Shown here in pieces: positions 52,801 to 62,131 of a stretch of 64,000 nt of DNA. The first letter of the stretch is position 1. Each line of letters opens with the position of its first letter. The notes beneath the pieces are model-generated. The model had not been told where the DNA came from, did not search any database, and saw nothing but the letters and a program-made list of their open reading frames with translations. The DNA is from Hydrolagus colliei (lineage: Eukaryota), in the NCBI GenBank assembly GCA_035084275.1, contig CM068749.1:18290001-18354000 (forward strand), in the 5' to 3' direction. The position numbers were made by a program, and so were the translations under genes.

Positions 52801-55061
52801 GATTAAACCCAATTCATCTGTATTTCCTCTAATTTAAGGATTTGCTCTCCAAATTTATGTGCAATATTAGAACTGCAGATTGAAATATTTGAAATTCATG
52901 AAAGATTATTTTTAGTTCTAATGTAACTCGATATTAATTTACCAAAGAGAAAATTAAAGGTCTAGTAAGTCCTATACAAGTTTAGAGAAGCATGTGAAAA
53001 TATTTTTGGAAAAGACAACTCTTTTTTTCAAAAAAAAAGCTCTAAGTTAATCAGAGTGAACTGCAATATACCCTTAAAAGTAAAGGCATTTTGAGACAAC
53101 TTTGGTGCGCTGCTTTTTGCCAAAGAGTGAGCTTCACATAGTAAACATGATGACAAGCAGCTGTGTCTGGCCAACACATGACTATTTCCTTTACAAATGC
53201 AATGGTATACTTGAAGGAGTTGCCAAACCAAGTTAAATTCAGTGATTGGCACTTTGAAAACAAGTGCTCTAAGATTTCTTTCCAGAAAAAACAAAAATGG
53301 CACATCAGACTTGGCTAAATCAAAATAAAAGGCAACTTCAGTCTAAATGGTAAACTATACTGTATAAACCGAGATACTTTGTGCTTCAGAAAATTTACAA
53401 AAAGGAAATCTTCAATTTCTGCTTCCAAATGAAATGATGATAAATGTATGACATTCTTAGGGCGGAGAACAAACTCAATATTGTCCCAAATCTGACAGGC
53501 TAAATATATGGTACTTCAAGTAATGTTAATTGATGAAGCAGCAAAGAAATTAATTGCATCACTTATAGTACAATACTTTTACTGTATAATGCTATAAAGC
53601 CACAAACCAGTGTCACAATAAACTCATTTACCCAATGCCATTTCATTACCATTTACATTTTTCTACTTTAAAAGAGGATTATGAGTTGGACAAATCTGGT
53701 TCGGTTGTGATCACTTTGACTCAAAACCAACAACATTCTGGACTATGCCAATAATTTGAAAGATGGTCAGGATACAATATCTAACATTGTCGATCCAAAG
53801 ATCACTCCTAGAACTGAGACCGAGAATTGTCAAGAGAAAAGAAAAGTTACGACACAACTAGGACCATGGTGACGAAAGGTTTTCATCACTGCTGTTTGCT
53901 TCCGCTGAATCGTTTATTATGGTGAGAAATTAAAGCCAGATGATATGCCTGATTCCTTGTGCTTTTTGAAATCTGGCAATAAGGTGGGTTTCCTTTAGGT
54001 GGACTTTTTTTATTTACAATATATTTAAATGGGAAATAGAGGCTGAATTATATATGTGATTGACTATTCTATGCTGCTTTTCATTTGGTATGTAAAGTAT
54101 TATGTTTACCTTGAGATTAAAATACTGAAACATGCTACATTTAAACATGAAACAGAGATAAGGGAGATAGCAGATGCAAAACTAATATTTAACTCAGGAA
54201 GGCACATATGTGGAGCATGGTTGATGTTTAAGATAAGAGTAGTTCTGTTTTGTTTATAAATCCAGAGTTAAAGCAAAATCTGATCTCCCTACTGTGTTTA
54301 CAGTCCTCTGCTCTGTCCTGTCGCCAGCACCGGTTCTGCAGTTTCCTGTTCATTTTAAGGGCAGGAACACTACTAGTTTCCAAACTTTGTCATTACAATG
54401 GAGGGGCAAAGGCAGCAGACAAATGACGCCAAGTATCACAGCATTTTGCACTTAAGAAGAGAACCGGGTTAAAAAGTGACACTGCCAAATCCAGAATACA
54501 ATAGGTAGTTCAGTTGCTGAAGGCTTTGTTTAGTTATATATAAAATCAGGATTGCTAAATATATGTCCTGCTAAATTTGGAGGAAAAAATCATTTTAATT
54601 ATGTCCAAGACAATTAAATCATGATATTTTAAGACCACACAATAATTGCATTTTGATTTGTAACATTTTGGAAAATTTATTATGATTTCAGTCTTTGCAC
54701 AGATCGCATTACCAAACATACCCAGTGTTACCTCTAAGTATCATTCTATGTAATCGGAAAGCAAAGGACCAGCATGCACAATACATGGTGCATTTATCTC
54801 TTTTAAAATCTGTTATTAGAAAAAAGGAGTATTGCCTTACCTCTTCATGATGGATAGTATCTACTCCGGTACTTCTTACTTTGTCATGTTGGTTGGGGTC
54901 CGCACTAGTGCTTTTTACATTGATGATGTGCACTTCTTGAGGACGTCCTGTTGTTCCTCCACTAGCACAACCGGATGACACAGTAAAGCTCTCCAGCAAA
55001 GCTTTGACTGGATGAGATTCACTTACTGGTGCAAGTACACAGTCACTTTCAGGCAGAGGAC
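19693..55061 (-). CDS. TGFBR3: TGF-beta receptor type III (betaglycan), 5'-partial; join complement(54880..55061,46493..46630,42054..42237,41784..41952,39968..40115,34273..34468,32735..33057,31172..31327,30443..30559,28459..28638,27312..27620,26037..26157,24176..24211,23411..23518,19693..19811)
   Basis: Hand-spliced exons give one open frame (2486 nt, phase-consistent, GT-AG). Recognisable betaglycan peptides include [59 protein letters not shown], the TM segment [23 protein letters not shown] and the tail [13 protein letters not shown]. Confidence 0.97.
20118..20564 (-). mobile_element. Deu-type SINE interrupted by an insert of about 113 bp
   Basis: Head at 20564, tail at 20118; internal 28-bp duplication. 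Confidence 0.9.
21485..22072 (+). mobile_element. Degraded CR1 LINE (RT C-terminus plus 3'UTR)
   Basis: CR1-like segments gaaaaagacctaagggc, gcacctggacttct, actcagagggtaattagcaactggaat, aaatgggccaaaggacttcct..tgtgattttgtga; frame is broken. Confidence 0.7.
23411..23518 (-). CDS. TGFBR3: TGFBR3 exon 16 (transmembrane): [36 protein letters not shown]
   Basis: Acceptor atttcag, donor gtatgt; 108 nt. Confidence 0.97.
24176..24211 (-). CDS. TGFBR3: TGFBR3 exon 15 (36-nt juxtamembrane micro-exon): [12 protein letters not shown]
   Basis: Acceptor gattcaaacag, donor gtaagt; phase 1-1; Pro-rich and in the position of the short human juxtamembrane exon. Confidence 0.8.
24745..24999 (+). mobile_element. 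Deu-type SINE lacking most of the head (intron 14)
   Basis: Family body and tail. Confidence 0.85.
26037..26157 (-). CDS. TGFBR3: TGFBR3 exon 14: [40 protein letters not shown]
   Basis: Acceptor ctcctgcag, donor gtgagc; 121 nt; contains the ZP external hydrophobic patch FTKPLAVI. Confidence 0.95.
26816..27122 (+). mobile_element. Deu-type SINE, full length (intron 13)
   Basis: A and B boxes, core, tail. Confidence 0.9.
27312..27620 (-). CDS. TGFBR3: TGFBR3 exon 13 (ZP-C): [50 protein letters not shown]...[39 protein letters not shown]
   Basis: Acceptor gatttag, donor gttcgg; 309 nt. Confidence 0.95.
28459..28638 (-). CDS. TGFBR3: TGFBR3 exon 12: [60 protein letters not shown]
   Basis: Acceptor ctttaatag, donor gtaaga; 180 nt. 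Confidence 0.93.
29350..29505 (+). repeat. GA-rich low-complexity tract
   Basis: Degenerate (GA)n/agag runs. Confidence 0.7.
29837..30083 (-). mobile_element. L2-clade LINE 3' fragment
   Basis: (caa)n tail followed by ttgcatttatagagcacctttcacgtcgggaggacgtcccaagg; the same end recurs at 20878-20940. Confidence 0.8.
30443..30559 (-). CDS. TGFBR3: TGFBR3 exon 11 (GAG-attachment segment): [39 protein letters not shown]
   Basis: Acceptor ctgttag, donor gtaatg; 117 nt; two Ser-Gly dipeptides in acidic context. Confidence 0.94.
31172..31327 (-). CDS. TGFBR3: TGFBR3 exon 10 (ZP-N): [52 protein letters not shown]
   Basis: Acceptor ctcctgcag, donor gtaagt; 156 nt. Confidence 0.94.
32090..32700 (-). 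mobile_element. Old L2-like LINE RT fragment
   Basis: gtgtcatctacagacat (antisense remnant of a YADD-like motif), tttagctgaagaaagtt, gagtctggagggg; heavily decayed. Confidence 0.55.
32735..33057 (-). CDS. TGFBR3: TGFBR3 exon 9 (linker plus start of ZP domain): [18 protein letters not shown]...[35 protein letters not shown]
   Basis: Acceptor ttttctcag, donor gtttgt; 323 nt; lies within ORF 32717..33073. Confidence 0.94.
34273..34468 (-). CDS. TGFBR3: TGFBR3 exon 8: [65 protein letters not shown]
   Basis: Acceptor catccag, donor gtaagt; 196 nt; SPITSYT motif. Confidence 0.93.
34560..34866 (+). mobile_element. L2-clade LINE 3' fragment
   Basis: Pyrimidine-rich body, tgtgaagcacttagac, ttgttg tail. 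Confidence 0.6.
37232..37396 (+). mobile_element. Deu-type SINE, 5'-truncated
   Basis: Core and tail. Confidence 0.8.
39001..39341 (-). mobile_element. Deu-type SINE, full length, with a 14-bp internal tandem duplication (intron 7)
   Basis: Reverse complement of the family; ggtctccccagctt occurs twice at 39275-39302. Confidence 0.9.
39368..39770 (+). mobile_element. Older, long DeuSINE (SacSINE1/AmnSINE1-like) with complete Deu domain
   Basis: ggtaccatcttttagatgagatgttaaaccaaggtcccatctgc ... gctgtttatggggcactgctgtgtgcaaattggctgcc resembles the Deu central domain as recalled. Confidence 0.7.
39968..40115 (-). CDS. TGFBR3: TGFBR3 exon 7: [50 protein letters not shown]
   Basis: Acceptor cacagcag (tandem; alternative start 40118), donor gtaagt; 148 nt. 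Confidence 0.93.
40800..41097 (+). mobile_element. Deu-type SINE, full length (intron 6)
   Basis: A and B boxes, core, tail. Confidence 0.9.
41784..41952 (-). CDS. TGFBR3: TGFBR3 exon 6: [56 protein letters not shown]
   Basis: Acceptor ttttcctcag, donor gtacca; 169 nt; preceded by a 101-nt intron. Confidence 0.95.
42054..42237 (-). CDS. TGFBR3: TGFBR3 exon 5: [61 protein letters not shown]
   Basis: Acceptor ttccctcag, donor gtgggt; 184 nt. Confidence 0.95.
42613..42970. mobile_element. Non-autonomous hAT-type DNA transposon (MITE), 358 bp
   Basis: Imperfect TIRs TAGGGTCCGTTGATAT and revcomp TAGGGTCTGGCGATAT; 8-bp TSD caaagtac (42605-42612) / taaagtac (42971-42978); subterminal ATATCGATAT arrays. 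Confidence 0.88.
44622..44662. repeat. (TA)n microsatellite
   Basis: tatatatatatatatatatacatatagatagatatat. Confidence 0.9.
45130..45366 (+). mobile_element. L2-clade LINE 3' fragment
   Basis: gccttcagcctctgctctctggaac..., tail gctatataaatacaaattgttg. Confidence 0.6.
46493..46630 (-). CDS. TGFBR3: TGFBR3 exon 4: [46 protein letters not shown]
   Basis: Acceptor ccctaaag, donor gtaagt; 138 nt; matches betaglycan VTLHLNPISSV...LNSP. Confidence 0.95.
47145..47370 (+). mobile_element. CR1 LINE RT internal fragment
   Basis: gtagtgtacctagatttccaaaa (VYLDFQK-like) ... tggattccaaactggctgaagggtaggaagctgaga (WIxNWLxGRKxR-like). Confidence 0.7.
54880..55061 (-). CDS. TGFBR3: TGFBR3 exon 3 (start of orphan domain): [61 protein letters not shown]
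   Basis: Acceptor ttttgcag, donor gtaaga; 182 nt, phase 1 to 0; lies within ORF 54709..55080. Confidence 0.95.
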
Positions 55062-58000
55062 CTGCAAAATCAAAATGCAATGCAGTTTTTTAAAAGCTAT
55101 AAAAGGCCACAATTCCCTACATAAAATCACTAAATAATAACCCTTACATTTGACATAGCACCTTTCAAGGAGGATGCGTCAAAGTGCTTCAGTTACTATA
55201 ATGGGAGTGACTATATTTTCTCAGCAAATGTGGCATATAATTTGCTAGTTGGCGTACTGTGCATTCCTACCATTACAGTTGTGTTTAATTTCAGATTCCC
55301 ATCAGTTTTTCTGTTATTTCTATAATATTAAATCTGTTTGGGGGATTTTGATGGCTGCAAAACAGATCAGTTAGTTAAAACAAGATTACAACGGAAAAGG
55401 ATTATCCATCTTCCTGATTATCTGCATTCCCCGACTCTCACTCTTTTCCCAGACTCACAACCCAATGGCTGAAACAGTAAAATAGTGATAAAGATTGTGT
55501 TATTCATAAACAGTACTGAGTTATTGTGTGCAACAATGTATAACTTTTAAAAGATCCCATCATGAACAGACCGCTAAGAAACAACAAACAATAATTTACT
55601 GTACTGTATAAAACCCTTTTGTTTAAAAAAAACAGGATTGTAAGTGTCTTGGGACTCTATTGGAAGATATAGGAATAAATGCTGACTAATATGAAAACAT
55701 ATGAGGGCACACTATGCTGGAGCTTGAGTGAGTTGGGGAGTGGGATGGTGATAAAATAAATACTCTGGGAAGAAGGAATAGACATAACAATTCTGGAGAT
55801 TTTGCTTGATTAGCTATGTGATCTGTTGGTATCTGCCAAACAAAAGACAACAAAATGGACATTGCTTCTCAGACCTTTCCTCTCAACAACCATTTATGCC
55901 AGCCCTCAAACTTCTCTCTGCATTTTCATTAATTAAATCAAGACTAGCATCATATCCTACACTCAATTTTTATCAATGATTCAAAAGCTCTGGAACACCT
56001 TACCTAGTTCAGAATTCCTTCCTCTTACAACCTACAGGTCTTTAAAATCTAAGTTTGGAATCAACTAATCACTGTACCTCTCATTTTCTTTCTCTTACTT
56101 TTTGTTTCAGGCCTTTTGCCTAAGGTCTGCTACAAAAAAAATTATATCTGCTGATAATATTGCATTACTAAAACACTACCAAAGCTCTTTTTGTATTATG
56201 TTTTTACTCCCCATTAATTGCTGTGATATTTGTTGAGACTTACTACGACTTATTACTGAGCTTCATGTTTAAAAAATGAAGTATAAAATTATTTGCGTCT
56301 GGCATCTGTGTAGGATCATTCATTATCAACATAAACAACATAAGCATAACTGATTTGATCACTTTCACTGCAGTACAAAAAGTTTAGTTGGTGGAAATAA
56401 CTTTTTGTCAACAGGAAACATCATGCTCAGCATATTAAACTGCTCATCTCAGCAACAAAAAAATTGCAATACAGCATGAAGGTACAGTACCTGCAATCGT
56501 TTAGTTTACTTTTGTTATTAAGCAATGATTTTTCTAACTGCTTATTGTGAAGTAGAGGCAAATTATGCTGACTGTACATAATATTTCTACTGAGAAGCAC
56601 ATTTTTCTATGACAAGCTCGTGATGTGGGTATGTAAAAGTGCAAAAATGATAAATTATAAAAAAGTATCAGAGTGTTTGTGTCCGCCTCTGTAATATATA
56701 TTTTTTATTTTGCGAGGATTTGGCATGAATACAAAGTTTAGTTTCATTAATTCAAGACACTTCAGTTGTTGCTAACTTAGATCTTTATCAGTTTTAGGTG
56801 TCACTATTAACCTCACTATGATTTTTCTACAAGATAATGCATCAGGAATCAAGTAGCATGCATAATGCTTACATTCTGGTGAATATCACTTTCAGTGATA
56901 AAGCTGCACAATTTCCTCTTGGAAGCACAGATCTCAAATGTGCCTGTTTTTTGATTAGTAAAACGTATTCACACATCACCCTTAGACTTTCAGAATGAGA
57001 AAACTTAGTTATCTAGAATAAGAATAAACCTTTCACTTAATGTAGCACCTTATCACAACTTTGAGATATCTTAAAGAAAAAAGTGTGCCTACTACACAAA
57101 TGGAACAAGTCAGAACCTGAACTTAGATCATGTTTAAGTTTTTTTTTGCAAATGTATTGTTTTAAAATAAGAATCCATTAGACTGAGCAGCAAATTGGAT
57201 TAAAAATGGCATTTGTTCTCAGACACTTGAATTGGAATCAACCCAAGTCTTCTTCTGATAGCAGTAAGTGAAAACATCTTGCCCAATTTCAATCCAGTTT
57301 CTAATGGGCAACAATCCACAAAACTAAGTAAAATTGTGCCTGTACTGAATCAATCAGGAATCTAGTTAGATCAAAATTTTATTTATTTTCACAAGCTAAT
57401 TTTGTAGAAAACAATTTGTTTAATTGGGGAAGAGGAAGAAAGAGCAGGTTAGGGAAGAGTAAGAACTGATCCAGATTTCTAAAATGATCAGAGGCATTGA
57501 TGAAATAAGATGTGAGCAAGATTATCAACTTGCACAGTTAGGGCGTAACTGATCACACACATCGAACAAGGTAGACGTAAGTCATGTTCAAGCGTTTTAT
57601 GCAAATGTCTATTGAAGAAAGTAAGAATCTATGAGAATGTTATGCAGATAATCCCCCTGCCCTCAAAAAGCAAATATGTTGTACAGACTGCAGGGCAACC
57701 CCATTATAACAGTGTTTACGAGCCAAAAAAAACAAACACTGTTATAATAGGACCACAAAAAGGCCGCTGCTGGTTGGGAATCAAACTAAATACTGCAGGG
57801 ATACATTTGGCGTGATCTAATTATATATTCTGTATGTATATATATATAGTGATCATGAGGATTCCTTTCACTGTTGGGGCTGCAGATGATAGAATGATGT
57901 GTGATGATTAGTCAGACCATATTCCACAGTAGAAATGTAGATATAACGCATTCGGGGGAACTTACGGAGACTGGTCACGACTTTGCTTCCTGCGCTTGTC

Positions 58001-58204
58001 TCACGCGGAATACTGGAAATGAGTACTTCAATGCAGCCAGGAAATGCAGTAGTGGAATTATGAGTTAAACAGATAACCTGCATAAGATTTAAGATTATTT
58101 TGGAACCACAAAACGGTTATGATTTATCCTTTTTATCTGATTTATAAAATACGACTAGTGCAAAAAAAAGTAGTGATTTTTGGTAGGCAACTGAAAAGGA
58201 GTCT

Positions 58205-58335
58205 GGTGCATTTTTGCTCACAAAATATAGTCACTACACTTTACAGTGTATCCTGTGAATCACGTTGAGACGTCACGAAGAGTGATAAGGCGCTACTGTA
58301 TATCAAATACAAGGATTATTATTATCTATTATTAT
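58205..58335 (+). mobile_element. Deu-type SINE tail fragment carrying a 5-bp CTGTA insertion
   Basis: actttacagtgtatcctgtgaa...gcgctactgtatatcaaatacaaggattatt. Confidence 0.8.
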
Positions 58336-58463
58336 GTATGACCTAGGTGAATATATATGATATTAACACATGATTCATTTGAGTTTGATGGTTCATCAAT
58401 TGATTAATATTCTCACATTTCACAGAGGTTTCATGCAGTTGTATCAATCCTACCACATTTCCT

Positions 58464-58660
58464 GAATATCATAGAATATCATAGAATTTTATGGCACAAA
58501 AGGAGGCCATTTGGCCCATCTAGTCTGTGCCGGCTCTTTGAAAAGAGCAACTCAATCCCACTGCCCAGTCTCAATCCCACTCCCCATAACTTAACAGATC
58601 TGTTCTCCCTAAATAAATATCTAATTCTTTTTGAAAAGCTGTTATCGAATCGGCCTCCAC
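58464..58660 (-). mobile_element. CR1 LINE 3' end
   Basis: (gaatatcata)2gaattttatggcacaaaaggaggccatttggcccatc is an antisense CR1 ATTCTATG-type tail with its hairpin. Confidence 0.8.
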
Positions 58661-58664
58661 CTTG

Positions 58665-59025
58665 ACTACAACAACACCACCCTTTTATATAGCGCCCTCC
58701 ATGCAGGGCAATGTCTCAGGGTGCTTTACAATGGCAGAGCCTGAGGCCGAACCAGGAAGATGGAGAAAGGTGACTGTTAGCGCAGTCTTCAGGCACAACC
58801 TGAAGAAGGGGGTGAGATGAAGGGATTGAGGGAGGGAGTTCCAAAGTTTCAGGGCGTAGCTGCTGAAACCATGGCCGCCGAAAATGAAGCAGAGGATTTG
58901 GAGTCAAGGAGGAGACCCAGTAGAGCAGAGGCAGCGGGTACTGCTGTGAGGAGAGAGGTTAGAGAGGTAGGGGGTTGCAGAGGAGTGGAGGGACTTAAAC
59001 ACAAGAGTGAGGATCTTGAAGTTGA
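58665..59025 (-). mobile_element. L2-clade LINE 3' fragment
   Basis: (caa)n tail followed by tttatatagcgccctcc; L2-type body. Confidence 0.7.
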
Positions 59026-61832
59026 ACTGTATTTGCAAACACAATCTTCTTTAGAACCAGTGCAGCTTTATTTATGTTTCCCCTTTTTGGGTCCCCACTG
59101 CTGCCTCCTGCTGACATACTTCCTCCCTCAGCCATGAAAGTCTGCATACTTTGAAGGACAATGTCCATTTTGTTCTTTGATCAGAAGCTGTGTACTTACA
59201 GGACAGGCCCCATCCTGCCAATGTTTCTCCCCTTGGAACAAAGAAATCTATCTAATGACCCAGCTGAGAACTGCCCAAACTCGTCTAATGAAATCAAGTT
59301 TGAATTGCTGAGGAGGCTCAAATACAAGGGTATAGCGCCCAATAATTTTACCACTACAGCTCTTCAAAATGGACAAGAGTTGGAAATCAGCATGGTATTG
59401 ATTAGAAAATATCAGATACAAAAGGCAATAAAAGACCATCTTAATCATTCTACCTCAATCACTGTTACTACTAACCAGGGTAAAACAAATCAATTATATT
59501 ACAAAAACAGCACAGATAAGAGTGAAAGTGAGCTACAAGACTTCATATTGTACATCTTTCTTTGAATAACACTAAAGAAGCATAAATGAATTCATGTTTT
59601 GATTCACACAGCTGTAAAGGACACAGTAACCTTGGATTATAATCATACAACCAAGATGCAATAAGAAATCTAATACCGAAAACAGCAGGTTAACCTGACT
59701 TTTGCACTCAGCCAGTGAGAAAAATTTCCACAGGCTACGTTCCAAATTTGCTATGGCAACTCTGCATGTTTGCTTGTCTGAAAATTAATTTACTCCAGAA
59801 TAACAGCCTCCTGGGACAAAAACTAGTTTGGATTTTCTTAGCACAATAAAATTGGATAAAATTCTCTTGTAAAGCTTTTGTATTTCAAAAGTCGAACACT
59901 AGCACTTATTACGACTAATTATGAAAGGCAATTTCAGCTGGACAACATCCAGCACAACTTTCTTTCTTAAAATTAACAGTGTGATGCAAATTCCCCCACA
60001 GTGATTTACATTTATCCAAAGTTGCAGTCGTAAGGTTACCATAAACCAGTCGGGAGTTTGACAAAATGAAAAATATACCCGCATTCTCTGTTCAATATGG
60101 AAAATTCTAATTATGATTTTTGAATACATAAGAACACTTACAATTAAATATCGTATTGATATTTTGTGGACCCAAAATGGGAAAAATTACATTAGAAGCA
60201 ATTTACTCTTACAATAATTGGTGAAACCGAGATTGTTAAATAGCAAAAACAACCAGTGCAAATTCTGACAAGTCGGTGAACAAGACTGGAAACAGATATT
60301 TTCTCGTTCAAATGTATTGCTGGATTATCAAGATCTTCTTATACAAATCCTGAACAATAGAAACTTGCTGCACACAAAATGTATTGCATTTCAGACACTG
60401 GTATTTTATTTCATTAGCTGAGCTGGAATTAAAGTACTGAATATTGTTAAAGTGAAGGAGCTTCCCAGAAATAAAGAATATAGTTTCATGAATGATCAAC
60501 TATATTCTCTCCTTCTTATTCACTTAATCCATGATTTATACTGATTGAATGCTCCGCCTGAGGCTGAGAAGAGGTCGGCCCCTGCACAACTAAGCACAGC
60601 CTTCGTAGAAGACTGGAATAGATCATCTACCCTCCCAAAAGTCAGCAAGGCTTTGTTAAATGGGACTATGTGCCATGTCTGAATCAAAACATCAATCCAT
60701 TTATGTGTTCAGTATTACACAAATAAAGATGTATGGTATGAATGTGGAAGGAAGAAATAAATTGAGGGGGAAAAAAAGCAACTTTCAAAATATCTATGAA
60801 AAGATTACACAGGATCTTGAACAAAACTTTCATACTTGTCCTATCGCTAATGACATAAAGGCATCACCAACAGTTTTCTAGCTTTTTATTCATCAACCTG
60901 GCCTGATGATTTGTACTTGTAATTTTGGTGGGGGAGGGAATTCAGAGATTAGCTTTAAGGTTAGTCATATACAAGGATAAAAAGTCTGCAGCACAGCTGT
61001 TCGTTATCAAAATACCAAGAGCAGCAAAGTGCATGGAATTTGTACAAACACCTGAAAAAACAGACATTCATCTGGCCATTTTACACAAACAGCCCACCAA
61101 CGCCGAACATTATTTTCTACAATTGGTCACTTTCCCCACATTCAATTCTGAAATGTTTGGTTTATTTCTTTTAAGTGAGTTCACTCAAAATGTGCCAAAT
61201 GGACTCAAATGGGAAACACTTTAAATGTAATTTCAAACTACCCAGAGTATTTTCCAATTAAATTTTTCTCTCCTTCTCTTGCCCCTTCCTTCCCCTCTTT
61301 TAGATCATGCTGAAGACCTTCCAATTCAAGCGTTCTTTAGGTCATCTCCTCCCCCAGGGTCCTCAACTATTTAGCGCTCCGAGACCCTGCCCCATATGAA
61401 GAGCACTATGTAAATGCAAGTTGTTGTAAGCTTAGGCAGTAGATTTTAGGAGGCTATTTTGAGTTCAGGGTACATAAAGTCAATGGAATATTTTGCACAC
61501 CTTGGTATAACTGTTACTACAGTATTATGCACTTCGAGATGTGGTACACTTAAATTCAGAAGAAAGTTCCAAAAGTGTTTTAGTTCCCCCCCCTAAATGT
61601 ATGTATGCTAAACTTTAAACCACTGTTCTCTGGAAAATATTCAAAGTACTGTACCAGAAATTTCTAGATGCTTGTAACTTGTAGAATCTCCCATTGATTT
61701 TTTTCAAAACTTGCTCTACTAGTATTTTCCTAAAGTTGCCCATAGGCTATAATAACAAATACTGCAGTTATTATGTCCAATACTTCAAACACCCTTTGGT
61801 TGATTAATACCTTCTAAAACTACAAAGATTGT

Positions 61833-62131
61833 GGAGTCCTATAGCTCAGCGGTTAGAGCACTCGCCTTAGAGGTGGGTTCAATTCCCAGCAGGTCGAAAC
61901 CTTGGGCAAGCTTCCTTACTCCACATGCCTAATAATAATCCCTCCAGAAAAAAACAAGAATAATTTGGTCACTTAATTCACAACTGTTTGTGGGACATTG
62001 CTGTGTGCAAATGGCTGCCATGTTTCACCCACAAATGTGCAATCAATTCACTTTACAGTATATTCTGTGATGTGCTTTAAGATGTCTAGAAGATGTGAAA
62101 AGCGCTACATCAAATGCAAAGATTATTATTA
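61833..62131 (+). mobile_element. Deu-type SINE, full length
   Basis: A box, core, tail. Confidence 0.9.

Noticed and set aside
57180-57330. Faint LF-SINE-like similarity
   Set aside because: Too degenerate to support by eye.
59161-59565. 134-aa + strand ORF in the TGFBR3 intron
   Set aside because: No recognisable homology or motifs; consistent with chance.
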